Both the position numbers and the translations under genes were made by a program. This document shows positions 28,298 through 37,718 of a stretch of DNA of 64,000 nucleotides, piece after piece; position 1 is the stretch's first letter; each line of letters starts with the position of its first letter. The notes under the pieces were generated by a model. The model was not told the origin of the DNA and did not search any database. It saw only the letters and a list, made by a program, of their open reading frames with translations. The stretch is from an uncultured Candidatus Binatia bacterium (GTDB taxonomy: Bacteria; Desulfobacterota; Binatia; Bin18): assembly GCA_965214605.1 (NCBI GenBank), contig OZ243961.1:3520001-3584000 (forward strand), in the 5' to 3' direction.

Positions 28298-30532
28298 TTA
28301 ATAGAGCAAGTACTGGAGCTCAAACCAGACACTGTCCTTATTCTTGAAGAAGCCGATTCCGGTGTATTTCCCGTCAATGAAGTTATAACGGATGCTGAGC
28401 CGGAACGGATCCCAGAACCACCAGTCGAGACCGGGCTGCAGCAGGTAGGCACCCGCCATATCGTAGAAAACGACAAACCGGGGTCGGACGTTACCCGCGT
28501 TATAACTGGTCGTGATCGCCAGGGTGAATACCTGCGAGATGGACTGCAGCTGCAACAGGCGCTTGAAATCACACGGTGGGGTGCTTCCTGGCGCGGTCGC
28601 ATTGAGACAGGCAGTGGTGCGGTTGCCGGTGCCGCCGATACGGTCTGCAAGCTCTTCCTCGCCCGGTCCGGTCGGCGCGGCCGAGCGCCGCGTCACACCG
28701 ATTGAGTGGGTATCGTTATCCCGCCCAACCGGGACGCCCTTCTTGTAACGCTTGACGTTGTTGGTGTGGCGGTGGAAGTACTGGCCCGAGAACACAAAAC
28801 TGTTGTTCTTGTTCAACCACCGAATCCACTGAATGTGGTCGATGCCGAGGACAAACGCCCACTGGTCACGGCTTGAGTGGTGACCGCTGCGGCAGCCTCG
28901 AATGCCCTGCGGACCCCAGCCCATGTGATCGTCGCAGTTGCCTTCGCTGGCCGAGAGCCCGTCTGCGAGGTAGCGCGGATCGTAGAGCGTATGGGAGGTG
29001 ATGCCCGCCGCGTGTAAGGGCCGGGTCATGAACCGTTGCATATTGACCAAGGATTCGCTTCCACCAGCGTACTGCTCCCGTAGTAGGTTGTTGCGGGTGT
29101 AAGTGAACTCAGCCCGAATCGTTGTGTACAGGTAGAACAGCGGACTGCTGCTGTCCACAAACATGCTGGTCAAGGCATTCAGCGGAAAGGACAGACTCCC
29201 GCCAGTGATCTGCACCCGCTTGGCGTGAATCGGGACGGGCAGGGTTCGTTCAACGGTACAGGGAACTCCGGCAAAGAGACCGCCCGGGCCGCCTCGATTA
29301 CACGGATCGTTCGGTCCCCAGGGGTTATTCTCTGGGGTTGCGTCTAGACCCGTTAGGGCTGTGAACGCATCCGGTAGCGAGTCATAGGCTAAGTGCATTG
29401 GTGTCGGTGAACCAATCGTCGCATCACTCAGGACGCTGTCCGACCAGGTGTAGTAGTGGGCCAGAGAGAAGGTAAAGTCGCGAATCGTCCCGATGATCCG
29501 CGCGCCCCCGCGGCTGTCGGATAGGCTGCTGTGCGGTCCGTGCGCTCGGGTCGAGCAGTTAAACTGATTGCCGTTGGTACTAAGACCCAAGTTCCCGGCT
29601 TTCTTGAGCGCTTGGCCGTATATTGGCCCACCGCACGGCATGCGATGCACACTGACCGGTGAGGTGTTGGTCCGGACGCTCCACATGCCGCCCTGGTGCA
29701 GGGCCGGAACTGCGGCCGTCCGATGGTCGGGGGAAACAAAGGCTTCTAGAGTCAGGTCCTGAATCGGCCCAACTCTGCCAAAGTTCCACTGTCCCCGCAA
29801 CATGAACAGTGGGATCCGTCGCTCGTCCAGAGGAGTGGTAAAACCGCCAAACCCGTTGTCAAGGGGGTTGATCTGGTCGAGCAGACGGAACGAATCCGCT
29901 TCACCCCAGGACAGGTTTTGGCGCCCAATCCGTAAAAACAGCGGTCCTTTGGTGATGTTGAAATACCACTCAAACAGCCGTAGTTGCTGGACCTTCTTCT
30001 CCAGAAAATTTTGGCTGGAGACATAGCCAAAGTTTTTGTAGCGGGCTAATTCGCCGGGGTACTTTTCGATGTAATAATTGCCAGTGGCATTCTGCCGCTG
30101 GCCGTAGTACTTATCCCAGAACTCGGTGCCGCCGCCGCCGTCGAGTTGCCGCCGGGCCGAAGCGCCGCCATACTCCCAGATGCCCTCAAACTCTTCGCGC
30201 AGGTTGAGATAGTAATCAAAGGCGTCCAGGTTCGCATACTGGAATAGAGTGCCTATGGTTGGGAACTCACGTGACAAGCGGTTCAGATTATGACGCCACT
30301 CCAGAGTCAGGTAGTTGCGGTGCTGAACTACATTGCCCCGTTTCCATAAACCTTTGCCGGTCCCGATCTCGTCGCCTTTACCGGTTTGAATAGTCGCTCG
30401 GGTATAGGCTTGACCAGACAAGCTCATTTCCCGACGCTCATCAAAGTAATATCCCCACGCGCTTGGTGCGGATAAGAGTAGGACAACCCCCGCGGCTAAC
30501 AGCCGCCTGAATCCCTGCCTGTACCTCCTCAT
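28298..30532 (-). CDS. DUF1302-like outer membrane protein
   Basis: Signal peptide, RIGRQNLSWGEAD...LLDQINP and RIPL motifs, C-terminal beta-strand FELQYLLY; context with RND, YCF48-like and DUF1329 genes. Confidence 0.75.
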   Translation of the reverse strand: MRRYRQGFRRLLAAGVVLLLSAPSAWGYYFDERREMSLSGQAYTRATIQTGKGDEIGTGKGLWKRGNVVQHRNYLTLEWRHNLNRLSREFPTIGTLFQYANLDAFDYYLNLREEFEGIWEYGGASARRQLDGGGGTEFWDKYYGQRQNATGNYYIEKYPGELARYKNFGYVSSQNFLEKKVQQLRLFEWYFNITKGPLFLRIGRQNLSWGEADSFRLLDQINPLDNGFGGFTTPLDERRIPLFMLRGQWNFGRVGPIQDLTLEAFVSPDHRTAAVPALHQGGMWSVRTNTSPVSVHRMPCGGPIYGQALKKAGNLGLSTNGNQFNCSTRAHGPHSSLSDSRGGARIIGTIRDFTFSLAHYYTWSDSVLSDATIGSPTPMHLAYDSLPDAFTALTGLDATPENNPWGPNDPCNRGGPGGLFAGVPCTVERTLPVPIHAKRVQITGGSLSFPLNALTSMFVDSSSPLFYLYTTIRAEFTYTRNNLLREQYAGGSESLVNMQRFMTRPLHAAGITSHTLYDPRYLADGLSASEGNCDDHMGWGPQGIRGCRSGHHSSRDQWAFVLGIDHIQWIRWLNKNNSFVFSGQYFHRHTNNVKRYKKGVPVGRDNDTHSIGVTRRSAAPTGPGEEELADRIGGTGNRTTACLNATAPGSTPPCDFKRLLQLQSISQVFTLAITTSYNAGNVRPRFVVFYDMAGAYLLQPGLDWWFWDPFRLSIRYNFIDGKYTGIGFFKNKDSVWFELQYLLY

Positions 30533-30621
30533 AAAGAACCCTCCTTGTGTTCGGCAAGTCTCCTATCTGTATGTGATCTTTTGGCTAGTCCGGAGCAGCC
30601 TCCCTTCTTCCACCGCAGCCT

Positions 30622-30651
30622 GGCATACACCCATGGGAAATGATTTGTCAA
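30622..30651 (-). promoter_or_regulatory. Candidate internal promoter for DUF1302-like gene
   Basis: TTGACA-18 nt-TATGCC in the intergenic gap, upstream of AAGGAGG. Confidence 0.4.
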
Positions 30652-30657
30652 GCTTTC

Positions 30658-33153
30658 CTAAGCTCGTAGCTCCATCCCAATGTTGTGGCGGGTCGACCAC
30701 ATATGCTCGCCAACGGCCACGACTAAGGCTAAAATGCCCAGGGTCAGCAGATCGGCGTGGTTGGTGTAGACCAGGAGCGCCGAGGGAACGGCGATACAGG
30801 CCAGAATGACAAGCATGACCTTGTTAGGCAGAGGAAAGCGTGGCTTAAGTAGGGAGACCGTCCCAGGGATAAAGGCCAGCGCGCCGACCACGTGGAAGAA
30901 CAACAACAGGGTCAGCAGCACGGCCATTTCCGACTGGAACTTCATGGGAAAAAATATCCAGAAAATAACGCTGACCGTCAGCGTCGTGCCGGTGAACATG
31001 ATCGCCCGGCCGGTAGTCATCAGGGCCTCTTCAATGGCCCTGTCGTGGTCACCGAACCTCTGATACTCCTCAACAATCCGTGACAACACGTAATAGCCAT
31101 AATCAATACCGATGCCGATGCCGACCGCGGCGACCGGCAGCGAGTTGATATTGGCGTCAATGCCCATGCCGTACATCAAGCCCTCGGATAGTGGCTGGGC
31201 CACAATCGAGGGAATCATCACAATCAGTGCACCAACCACCGAGGCGTAGGTGAGCATGCTCAGGGTGAACACGGTGACCATGACCAAGATCAGATTCCAC
31301 TTGTACGACCACTCGACCTCGTCGTTGATAGCCGCCAACACCCCGAGCAGGCCGCCGGCTAGCCGGAAACGCAGGTCTTCGACCGGATTGTTGTAGATGA
31401 ACTCCTCGGCCATGGCAATCGAGCCGGTGACAGTGGCGTGGTTGTAATCCTTGTAATAAATCGTGACAGTGGCGTTGGTTGAGGTCTTATCGATAAAGCG
31501 ATCAAGATCGTCCGAGCCGACTGTGTTGAGGAACTGATAGAAAATATTGCCTACGTCACGCGGGTTGTTGGGGATGATTGCCCACTTGGGGATACCGAGC
31601 TGAAACAGCTGATACAGCCGTCGGGCCCAGGTGGTGATGCTGATGCTGCCACCGACCATCTCCTGCTCCTGCATATAGCGTTGGAATTTTTCCAGGGTCA
31701 GCAACGCCTCAGGATCTTTGATCGCGCCCTCGCGTTGGCCTTCGGCAATCACGATGAGGCGCGAGGCGCCAACAAATTGGTCGTTTACCTTATCGTACGA
31801 GACGTTGTACTCGTGGGTGTCGTATAACAGGGCTTTCCCGATCGACACATCGCCAATTTTGAGAAATTGAGCGTAAAACATGCCGCCTAGCAGGGCGACT
31901 GAGAACGAGCCAATCACCGCCCAGCGGTAGCCGCCATAGCTGATCTTGACCATGAAGCTGTTGATCGTGTTGTACAGCTTGTCCGAAAACCGGTGACCCG
32001 CTTTGGGATCGTGGGGTGGGGGGGGGATAAAGGACAGGATGATCGGGTGTAGGGTGACGACACTAATGGAGATGGTAAAGATCCAAAAACTCGACACATA
32101 GGCCAGCTTCTGAATCAGCGGAATATGGGCCACCGCTAGAGTGAGAATGGCCAGTCCGTCTGAGGCGATCGACACCAGAGCCGGGCTAAATAGGCTCAAG
32201 TACGACGACAGAATAGCTTCCTGTTTGTCCTGCAGGCGGTGGTACTCTTCGTGGTAGCGTTCCATCGACTGCACAGAGTGGGACAGGGCCCGGGCGGTGA
32301 TCAAGACTAGCACGACCAGGACGAGCGGGTCGAGGTTAAAGCCAAAATAACCGGCAAAACCCAGAGCCCAGACCGAACTCAACAGGCCTGAAAACAGCGG
32401 AACCCACACTCCGGTAAAGGTCCGAAAGTAGAACCATAACATGGCCAAGATAGCGGCCGTGGTCAGTCCAATCACAAACAGGATGGTGTTCTTGTAGCTG
32501 AACACCCAGGCGTACAGCATGGGGAAGCCGGTGACGTATACTCGATGCTTGCCGTCGGACTCTAACTCCGCTTTGAGGGCCTCCATGCGGCTGAAGAGAT
32601 TCTCAAAGTCAATGCCCTCCTCCCAAAAGCCGGCCGTGATCAGGGCCGAGGTATTGTCATCGGCGACGTAGAACCGGTGCACGCCCTCGTTGGTATACAC
32701 CGCCTTTTTGATCGGTTTGACGTCGTCGGATGTTTTTGGCGGCGCCGGATACATAATCGGATACGCAGTAATGGCGGCGCCGCTGATTTGGATATTGCGC
32801 ATCTTGGGGTGGGTGAGCGACAGAATCTGATAGGGGTTGACTCCTGCGGTTTCTAGGACGTAGCGGGTCGCCTTATCGATCTGATTAATCGAGTGGACGT
32901 TGAAAATATCGCCCTCATTAACCTCAATGACGACGCTCAGAATATTGGCCGTGCCAAACATCCGCCGGTACTCTTGGTACAGCTGGATGTATTCATGGGT
33001 CGGCGGATAAAAGTCAAAGAAGTTGGGCTGGACCTGCATCTTGGTCACGTGAAAACCTAGAAAGAGGGTGGCCACCGTCAGGCCGGCAAGTACATGCCAG
33101 CGGAATCTGAGCAGAAAATGGATGTATGCTTCCATCCAACTACGCGGGAGCAT
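30658..33153 (-). CDS. RND/MMPL family transporter
   Basis: Two repeats of TM-periplasmic-5TM; ARALSHSVQ, GIGIGIDY and TTGRAI motifs. Confidence 0.9.
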   Translation of the reverse strand: MLPRSWMEAYIHFLLRFRWHVLAGLTVATLFLGFHVTKMQVQPNFFDFYPPTHEYIQLYQEYRRMFGTANILSVVIEVNEGDIFNVHSINQIDKATRYVLETAGVNPYQILSLTHPKMRNIQISGAAITAYPIMYPAPPKTSDDVKPIKKAVYTNEGVHRFYVADDNTSALITAGFWEEGIDFENLFSRMEALKAELESDGKHRVYVTGFPMLYAWVFSYKNTILFVIGLTTAAILAMLWFYFRTFTGVWVPLFSGLLSSVWALGFAGYFGFNLDPLVLVVLVLITARALSHSVQSMERYHEEYHRLQDKQEAILSSYLSLFSPALVSIASDGLAILTLAVAHIPLIQKLAYVSSFWIFTISISVVTLHPIILSFIPPPPHDPKAGHRFSDKLYNTINSFMVKISYGGYRWAVIGSFSVALLGGMFYAQFLKIGDVSIGKALLYDTHEYNVSYDKVNDQFVGASRLIVIAEGQREGAIKDPEALLTLEKFQRYMQEQEMVGGSISITTWARRLYQLFQLGIPKWAIIPNNPRDVGNIFYQFLNTVGSDDLDRFIDKTSTNATVTIYYKDYNHATVTGSIAMAEEFIYNNPVEDLRFRLAGGLLGVLAAINDEVEWSYKWNLILVMVTVFTLSMLTYASVVGALIVMIPSIVAQPLSEGLMYGMGIDANINSLPVAAVGIGIGIDYGYYVLSRIVEEYQRFGDHDRAIEEALMTTGRAIMFTGTTLTVSVIFWIFFPMKFQSEMAVLLTLLLFFHVVGALAFIPGTVSLLKPRFPLPNKVMLVILACIAVPSALLVYTNHADLLTLGILALVVAVGEHMWSTRHNIGMELRA

Positions 33154-33194
33154 AAGAGCCTCCTTAGGGCATAAACCGTAAGGACCTACGCCTT

Positions 33195-34172
33195 TTAGCG
33201 TTTAAATCGGTTGCCGTAATCAACACTATTGCCGTCAATCCGCAGGACCAACCCGTTCGAGCCGGCAATAATGCCTTTGGAATCGGACGGGCTCAGCGAT
33301 ATACCCATCATCCAGTACAGGGCCAGTTCTTCGGGCGTGTCAAACAGCGTCCAGTTCCTGCCCCCGTCGGCCGAGTGCAGAATTACCCCCTCGTCGCCAA
33401 CCGCCCAGCCGGTCTGGCCGTTAAGGGCGAGATTGTACAGCGCGGTTTGAATCGGGCTCTCATACCGCTGCCAGGTTTGACCACTATCGCTGCTCTGCAC
33501 AATCGTGCCGTCCATCCCGACGGCGCAGAGCTGGTTTTCATCAACAAAACCGACGCTTAAGAGAGAGCTTTCGGCACCGGTTTCTTTTCTTGTCCAGGTC
33601 TCCCCGCTGTCTTCGCTAACTAAGATGACGCCCATCTCGCCGGCAACCCAGGCTTTGCCCGAGGGATGCATGGCGACCCCGTACAAAAAGACGTCTTCGC
33701 CGAGCGAACGGTCGCTCCAGCTCTGCCCGCCGTCCACGGTCTGTAGGACGACTCCGTAATCCCCGACCGCAATGCCGCGTTGGTTGTCTACAAAGGCGAG
33801 ATTGAATAAGTGATGAGTCGTCCCGGTGACCTGGCGCTGCCAGTTTTTCCCCCCATCGGTGGTGTGGAGGATGAGCCCGGCTTTGCCCGAGATCCAGCCC
33901 TCTTGCTCGGTGACAAAACTGACACCGTACAACGGATCAATATAGCCGCTGTCCTGTTTTTCCCACTGCCGGCCGCCGTCGGTGGTGTGGTAGATGGAAC
34001 CAAAACTCCCGACCGCCCAGGCCTTTTCGGCATTAAACAGAAAGGTGGCATAGATATGATCGCGGATACGGTCAACCGGTTGTGCGTTCACGGCTCGCGA
34101 AGCGCCACCAAGAAGTGCCAGCGTGAGGCCGACTCCTAACAGGTGTCGGAGTGCAAAAGCATTCCTCATCAT
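33195..34172 (-). CDS. YCF48-like/BNR-repeat beta-propeller protein
   Basis: Repeated xTxDGGxxW/SxDxGxTW Asp-boxes; signal peptide. Confidence 0.88.
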   Translation of the reverse strand: MMRNAFALRHLLGVGLTLALLGGASRAVNAQPVDRIRDHIYATFLFNAEKAWAVGSFGSIYHTTDGGRQWEKQDSGYIDPLYGVSFVTEQEGWISGKAGLILHTTDGGKNWQRQVTGTTHHLFNLAFVDNQRGIAVGDYGVVLQTVDGGQSWSDRSLGEDVFLYGVAMHPSGKAWVAGEMGVILVSEDSGETWTRKETGAESSLLSVGFVDENQLCAVGMDGTIVQSSDSGQTWQRYESPIQTALYNLALNGQTGWAVGDEGVILHSADGGRNWTLFDTPEELALYWMMGISLSPSDSKGIIAGSNGLVLRIDGNSVDYGNRFKR

Positions 34173-34315
34173 GGACAGCATTCCTCCCCTAATGCGAGTG
34201 TAGGGGTAACGCAAGCGTCGTCCCTACTGCCAGACGCTCTCCTCTTAGACTACGGAAGAAAGAATTGTCAACAGCTCGGTCTAAATTTCTAACTGCTGAG
34301 TCAAACTCTTCGACT

Positions 34316-34354
34316 AGCGAGGGAGGGGTGGAATCTGCCCACCCCTCCCTCGCT
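34316..34354. repeat. Perfect 16-bp inverted repeat in divergent intergenic region
   Basis: AGCGAGGGAGGGGTGG-AATCTGC-CCACCCCTCCCTCGCT. Confidence 0.85.
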
Positions 34355-34405
34355 CCTGGGAGATGAGAGTGGTATATTCGGTACGCTCTCCTTGGGAGGA
34401 GATGT

Positions 34406-36718
34406 ATGCCTGGAGACCGATGGGTAGAGCGGTATTGTCGGTTTTTATTGCGCCGGCGGTGGATGGTCGTCGTGGTGGGCACGGGAGTGCTGGTATGGGG
34501 AGCGTCCGCCGCTCAACAGCTCAGTCTGAGCGCAAGCATAGCGGACTATTACCCCGACCGGCACCCCCATATCCGTCTGTATCAAGACTTCCCCGAGATG
34601 TTGCGGATGACCAATGCCGTGGTCGTGTTGGTTTCGGTTAAAGACGGAGACCTCTACAACACCGAGACGCTGGGCAAGATTCATCGCCTGACGGTCGGAC
34701 TGCTCGAAACCAAGGGGGTTAATCCGAACGAGGTCCTGTCCCTCACCCACAGTCGCCTCACAGACATCAAGGTCCGAGATGGAATGATCAATATCCTGCC
34801 CGTTGTCCGCACGCCCACCCAGCCCCAGAGCCCGCAAGAATTGGCCCGGATCAAGAACGCGGTGTATACCAACCTGGGCATCCGCGGCGTGTATGTATCC
34901 GAGGATAATAAGACTACGCTCATCCGGGCCGGCTTTTGGGAGGCCGAGATCAACCCTCACATGGTGTTGAGTCGCCTGCGGCGCTTTGCCGAGCAAGAGC
35001 GAGACGCTAACACCGAGGTGACCTTTGCTGGCAACATTGTCCTGGCCGGGTGGTTGATTGAGAGTGGTCCGCGGGTGCTGCTGGTGCTGGTGCTCAGCGC
35101 CCTCACCGCGCTGCTCCTGGCCGGAGTGTGTGGCATCCTGCCGGGGGCGGTCCATACTGTGGGGGGGGTGCTGATCGTCTCGGGTCTGGCTGCGGCGTGT
35201 GGATTTGGCCTGCTGGGCAGTACGGGGCGTTCGTTCGAACCGCTGGCCTGGCTGATGCTTTTCCCGCTGACCGGCCGCGGCCTGTGCCTAGTGTTGGGCT
35301 GGACGAGCCGGGTGACGAGCGAGGGTCGGGGAAATCCACAGTCCTGGGCGGTCGTACAGACCGCCCAGGCACTGTGGCGTCCGTGTACCTCGGCCTTGGT
35401 GATAGACGGGCTGTCTCTCGGGGTGCTGGTGTGGTGGTCGGACGTGCCGGCCGTGCGCACCTTTGGCCTATTGGGCATAGCGTGGCTGATTGGCCTGCTG
35501 GTGTCGGTGTGGCTGGTCCTCCCGGTGTGGTCGGCCGGATTCCGGCGCGGCGTGCTCAGCCCCGGAGAGCTACCGTTGATCGCCCGCTTTACTCCGCGCC
35601 TGCGCAGCATTGGTCAACCCCGCGCGATGACCCGGACGGGATGTATTGCGATTGGCTTTTTCGGCTTACTGGCCGCTCTCCAACTCGAAGTCGGACGGTC
35701 GATGCTGGGCAGCCGGCTTTTTCCAACCGAGCATCCATATAGCCGCGCCTTTAGTCTGCTCAACCAACATTTCATCGGTATCAATCAGCTGATCGTGGTC
35801 GCTCATACCCCCAGCGAGGCCGGGTTTCGCGATCTTGGCGCCCTGCAGATCCTTGAAGCCTTTCAGCTCGATATGGCCGCCGACCGGCAGTTTGGTGGGG
35901 CGGTAACGGTGCCCGGTTTTGTGAAGTCCATCACCCGCATGTTTCACGAAAATATTCCTAAATGGGCGATGCTGCCGGACGATATCAGCTCAACCGGACA
36001 GATCATCTTTCGGATCGTGGCCGGGGCAACCACGCCGAGCGAGGTGGAACGCTTTCTGTCAACCGATTTCCGTACCACCGCAGTCACACTCTTTTATCGG
36101 GACTATTCGCCGGGGCTGGTCAAGCGCACCCTGGCCCGTATCCGCTCCTTTGAGGGACCAAGTACGGGTGTGCCGGTCGAGTTTCGTTCTGGCGGCGGCT
36201 TACTCGGGCTGGTGGCCGCTCTCCATGCTGGGGTGGCGCACGGGTATTGGTCTCTGTTCATCGCGTTGGTTGGCCTGGCATTTTGCGGTGGACTGATCGG
36301 GCTGGGCAGTCTGCGCGCGGCCGGCCTGCTCAGCCTGGCCGTCGTGTTGTCGCAAGCGGTGATGCTGGTCGTGCTGTGGGTGGCCAATATTGACCTCAAC
36401 ATACATACCCTGCCGGTTGTCTTAGCCGCTATGGGCACGATTGTGTTGCCGGCCAGCCTGGCCAGCAATCAGGACGACGCAGACCTCAGTCCAACCGCCC
36501 AGAACTGGGACGGGCTTGGCTATACCCTAATAGCGCTGGCCACTATCAGTGCTGGAGCGGCGCTGGTGTGGCTGTTTTCGCCGCTGCGTTTGCAGATCGA
36601 GATAGGGTTCTATCTGCTGGTCTTTAACCTGGTGAACGCCCTGATTCCGCTCCAGCTCCAGCCGCTCGGCCACCCGGTCAAGACGGGGTCGGATCCGGCT
36701 TCAGGCCAGGGGTCATGA
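34406..36718 (+). CDS. Divergent RND/MMPL family paralogue
   Basis: Periplasmic parts align by eye with 30658..33153 (LETKGVNP/LETAGVNP, AVYTNLG/AVYTNEG, AGFWE, IPKWA); TM motifs are degenerate. Confidence 0.8.
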   Translation: MPGDRWVERYCRFLLRRRWMVVVVGTGVLVWGASAAQQLSLSASIADYYPDRHPHIRLYQDFPEMLRMTNAVVVLVSVKDGDLYNTETLGKIHRLTVGLLETKGVNPNEVLSLTHSRLTDIKVRDGMINILPVVRTPTQPQSPQELARIKNAVYTNLGIRGVYVSEDNKTTLIRAGFWEAEINPHMVLSRLRRFAEQERDANTEVTFAGNIVLAGWLIESGPRVLLVLVLSALTALLLAGVCGILPGAVHTVGGVLIVSGLAAACGFGLLGSTGRSFEPLAWLMLFPLTGRGLCLVLGWTSRVTSEGRGNPQSWAVVQTAQALWRPCTSALVIDGLSLGVLVWWSDVPAVRTFGLLGIAWLIGLLVSVWLVLPVWSAGFRRGVLSPGELPLIARFTPRLRSIGQPRAMTRTGCIAIGFFGLLAALQLEVGRSMLGSRLFPTEHPYSRAFSLLNQHFIGINQLIVVAHTPSEAGFRDLGALQILEAFQLDMAADRQFGGAVTVPGFVKSITRMFHENIPKWAMLPDDISSTGQIIFRIVAGATTPSEVERFLSTDFRTTAVTLFYRDYSPGLVKRTLARIRSFEGPSTGVPVEFRSGGGLLGLVAALHAGVAHGYWSLFIALVGLAFCGGLIGLGSLRAAGLLSLAVVLSQAVMLVVLWVANIDLNIHTLPVVLAAMGTIVLPASLASNQDDADLSPTAQNWDGLGYTLIALATISAGAALVWLFSPLRLQIEIGFYLLVFNLVNALIPLQLQPLGHPVKTGSDPASGQGS

Positions 36719-37629
36719 AAGACCAAACAAGCCTGCTAGACGCCTCGGCGCTGATTCTGACCGGGGGCAAAAGCTCCCGTATGGGTCGACCCAAGGCGCT
36801 GTTGCCGTTTGCCGGAGAGCCGCTGATCACCCATACGGTGCGCCATTTAGCCACCCGCTTTGCGGATATCGTTGTAGTGGCCGCTCCGGGACAAGACCTG
36901 CCGGAGCTAGCGGCGACGCTTGTCCACGATGCGGTCGCTTATCAGGGGCCGGTCGGGGGAATCTATTACGGCTTACGGGCCGCCCGCCGGGCCGTCTGTT
37001 TCGTGACTTCGTGTGACGCGCCGTTTCTGAATCTGCGACTGGTAACGCGGCTAGTTTCCCTCAGTGTTGGCTATGACGTTGTGGTCCCAGTGTGGCAGGA
37101 TCGTTTGCAGCCCCTGCACGCGGTCTACCGACGCAGTGTAATCCCTCTGCTGCAATCCCAACTCGCGCATGGCCAGTTGCGACCGGTTGCCCTGTACGAC
37201 AAGGTGCGGACCAAGCGGCTCAGTCCCGAAGAAGTCCGCCGGCTTGACCCCGACGGGGACAGCTTCCGCAATCTGAATAGTCCACAGGACTATCAGGCCG
37301 CCCTGAAATTATGGTCGACCCTGCGCCCCGGTGCTAAGATGGGCGGGGCCATCTCCTGCACGGTTGAGCTGTTTGGGGTCGCTCGACTCAAGGCAAAGAC
37401 CGGCCGGGTGTCTCTGAGCCTCCCGTCTGGGGCGAACCTCGGCGCTGTTCTGGTTGCCTTGGCGGACCAGCTCCCGGCCCTGCGCGGGTCGGTGCTGAGT
37501 CAGGACGCTAGCCAGCTGGGTCGGGGGTTTGCGTGTAATATGAACGGGGAGGCGTTTGTCAAGGATATCCGGACGCCGGTGCGGGAGGGAGATAGCGTGC
37601 TGATTGTGTCGAGCGATGCGGGCGGGTGA
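36715..37629 (+). CDS. MobA-like molybdenum cofactor guanylyltransferase fused to MoaD/ThiS-like domain
   Basis: LTGGKSSRMG..K, GPVGG, CDAP, QPLHAVY and NLNSP motifs; C-terminal VELFG...SDAGG ubiquitin-like domain. Confidence 0.85.
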   Translation: MKDQTSLLDASALILTGGKSSRMGRPKALLPFAGEPLITHTVRHLATRFADIVVVAAPGQDLPELAATLVHDAVAYQGPVGGIYYGLRAARRAVCFVTSCDAPFLNLRLVTRLVSLSVGYDVVVPVWQDRLQPLHAVYRRSVIPLLQSQLAHGQLRPVALYDKVRTKRLSPEEVRRLDPDGDSFRNLNSPQDYQAALKLWSTLRPGAKMGGAISCTVELFGVARLKAKTGRVSLSLPSGANLGAVLVALADQLPALRGSVLSQDASQLGRGFACNMNGEAFVKDIRTPVREGDSVLIVSSDAGG

Positions 37630-37718
37630 GGAAGGGACGGAAAAGTCCTCAAAAGGGCAAAGGTTGAATAAGGCAGAAGCTTCCCCCGTTCTTTCTTTTT
37701 GTCCCCCGGTTTTCTAGG

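Noticed and set aside
33195-34172. Photosystem II assembly factor implying phototrophy
   Set aside because: A generic BNR propeller in an RND/DUF1302 context; no photosynthesis genes.
34445-35742. Several 200+ aa overlapping ORFs inside the second RND gene
   Set aside because: Alternative-frame artefacts of high-GC coding sequence.
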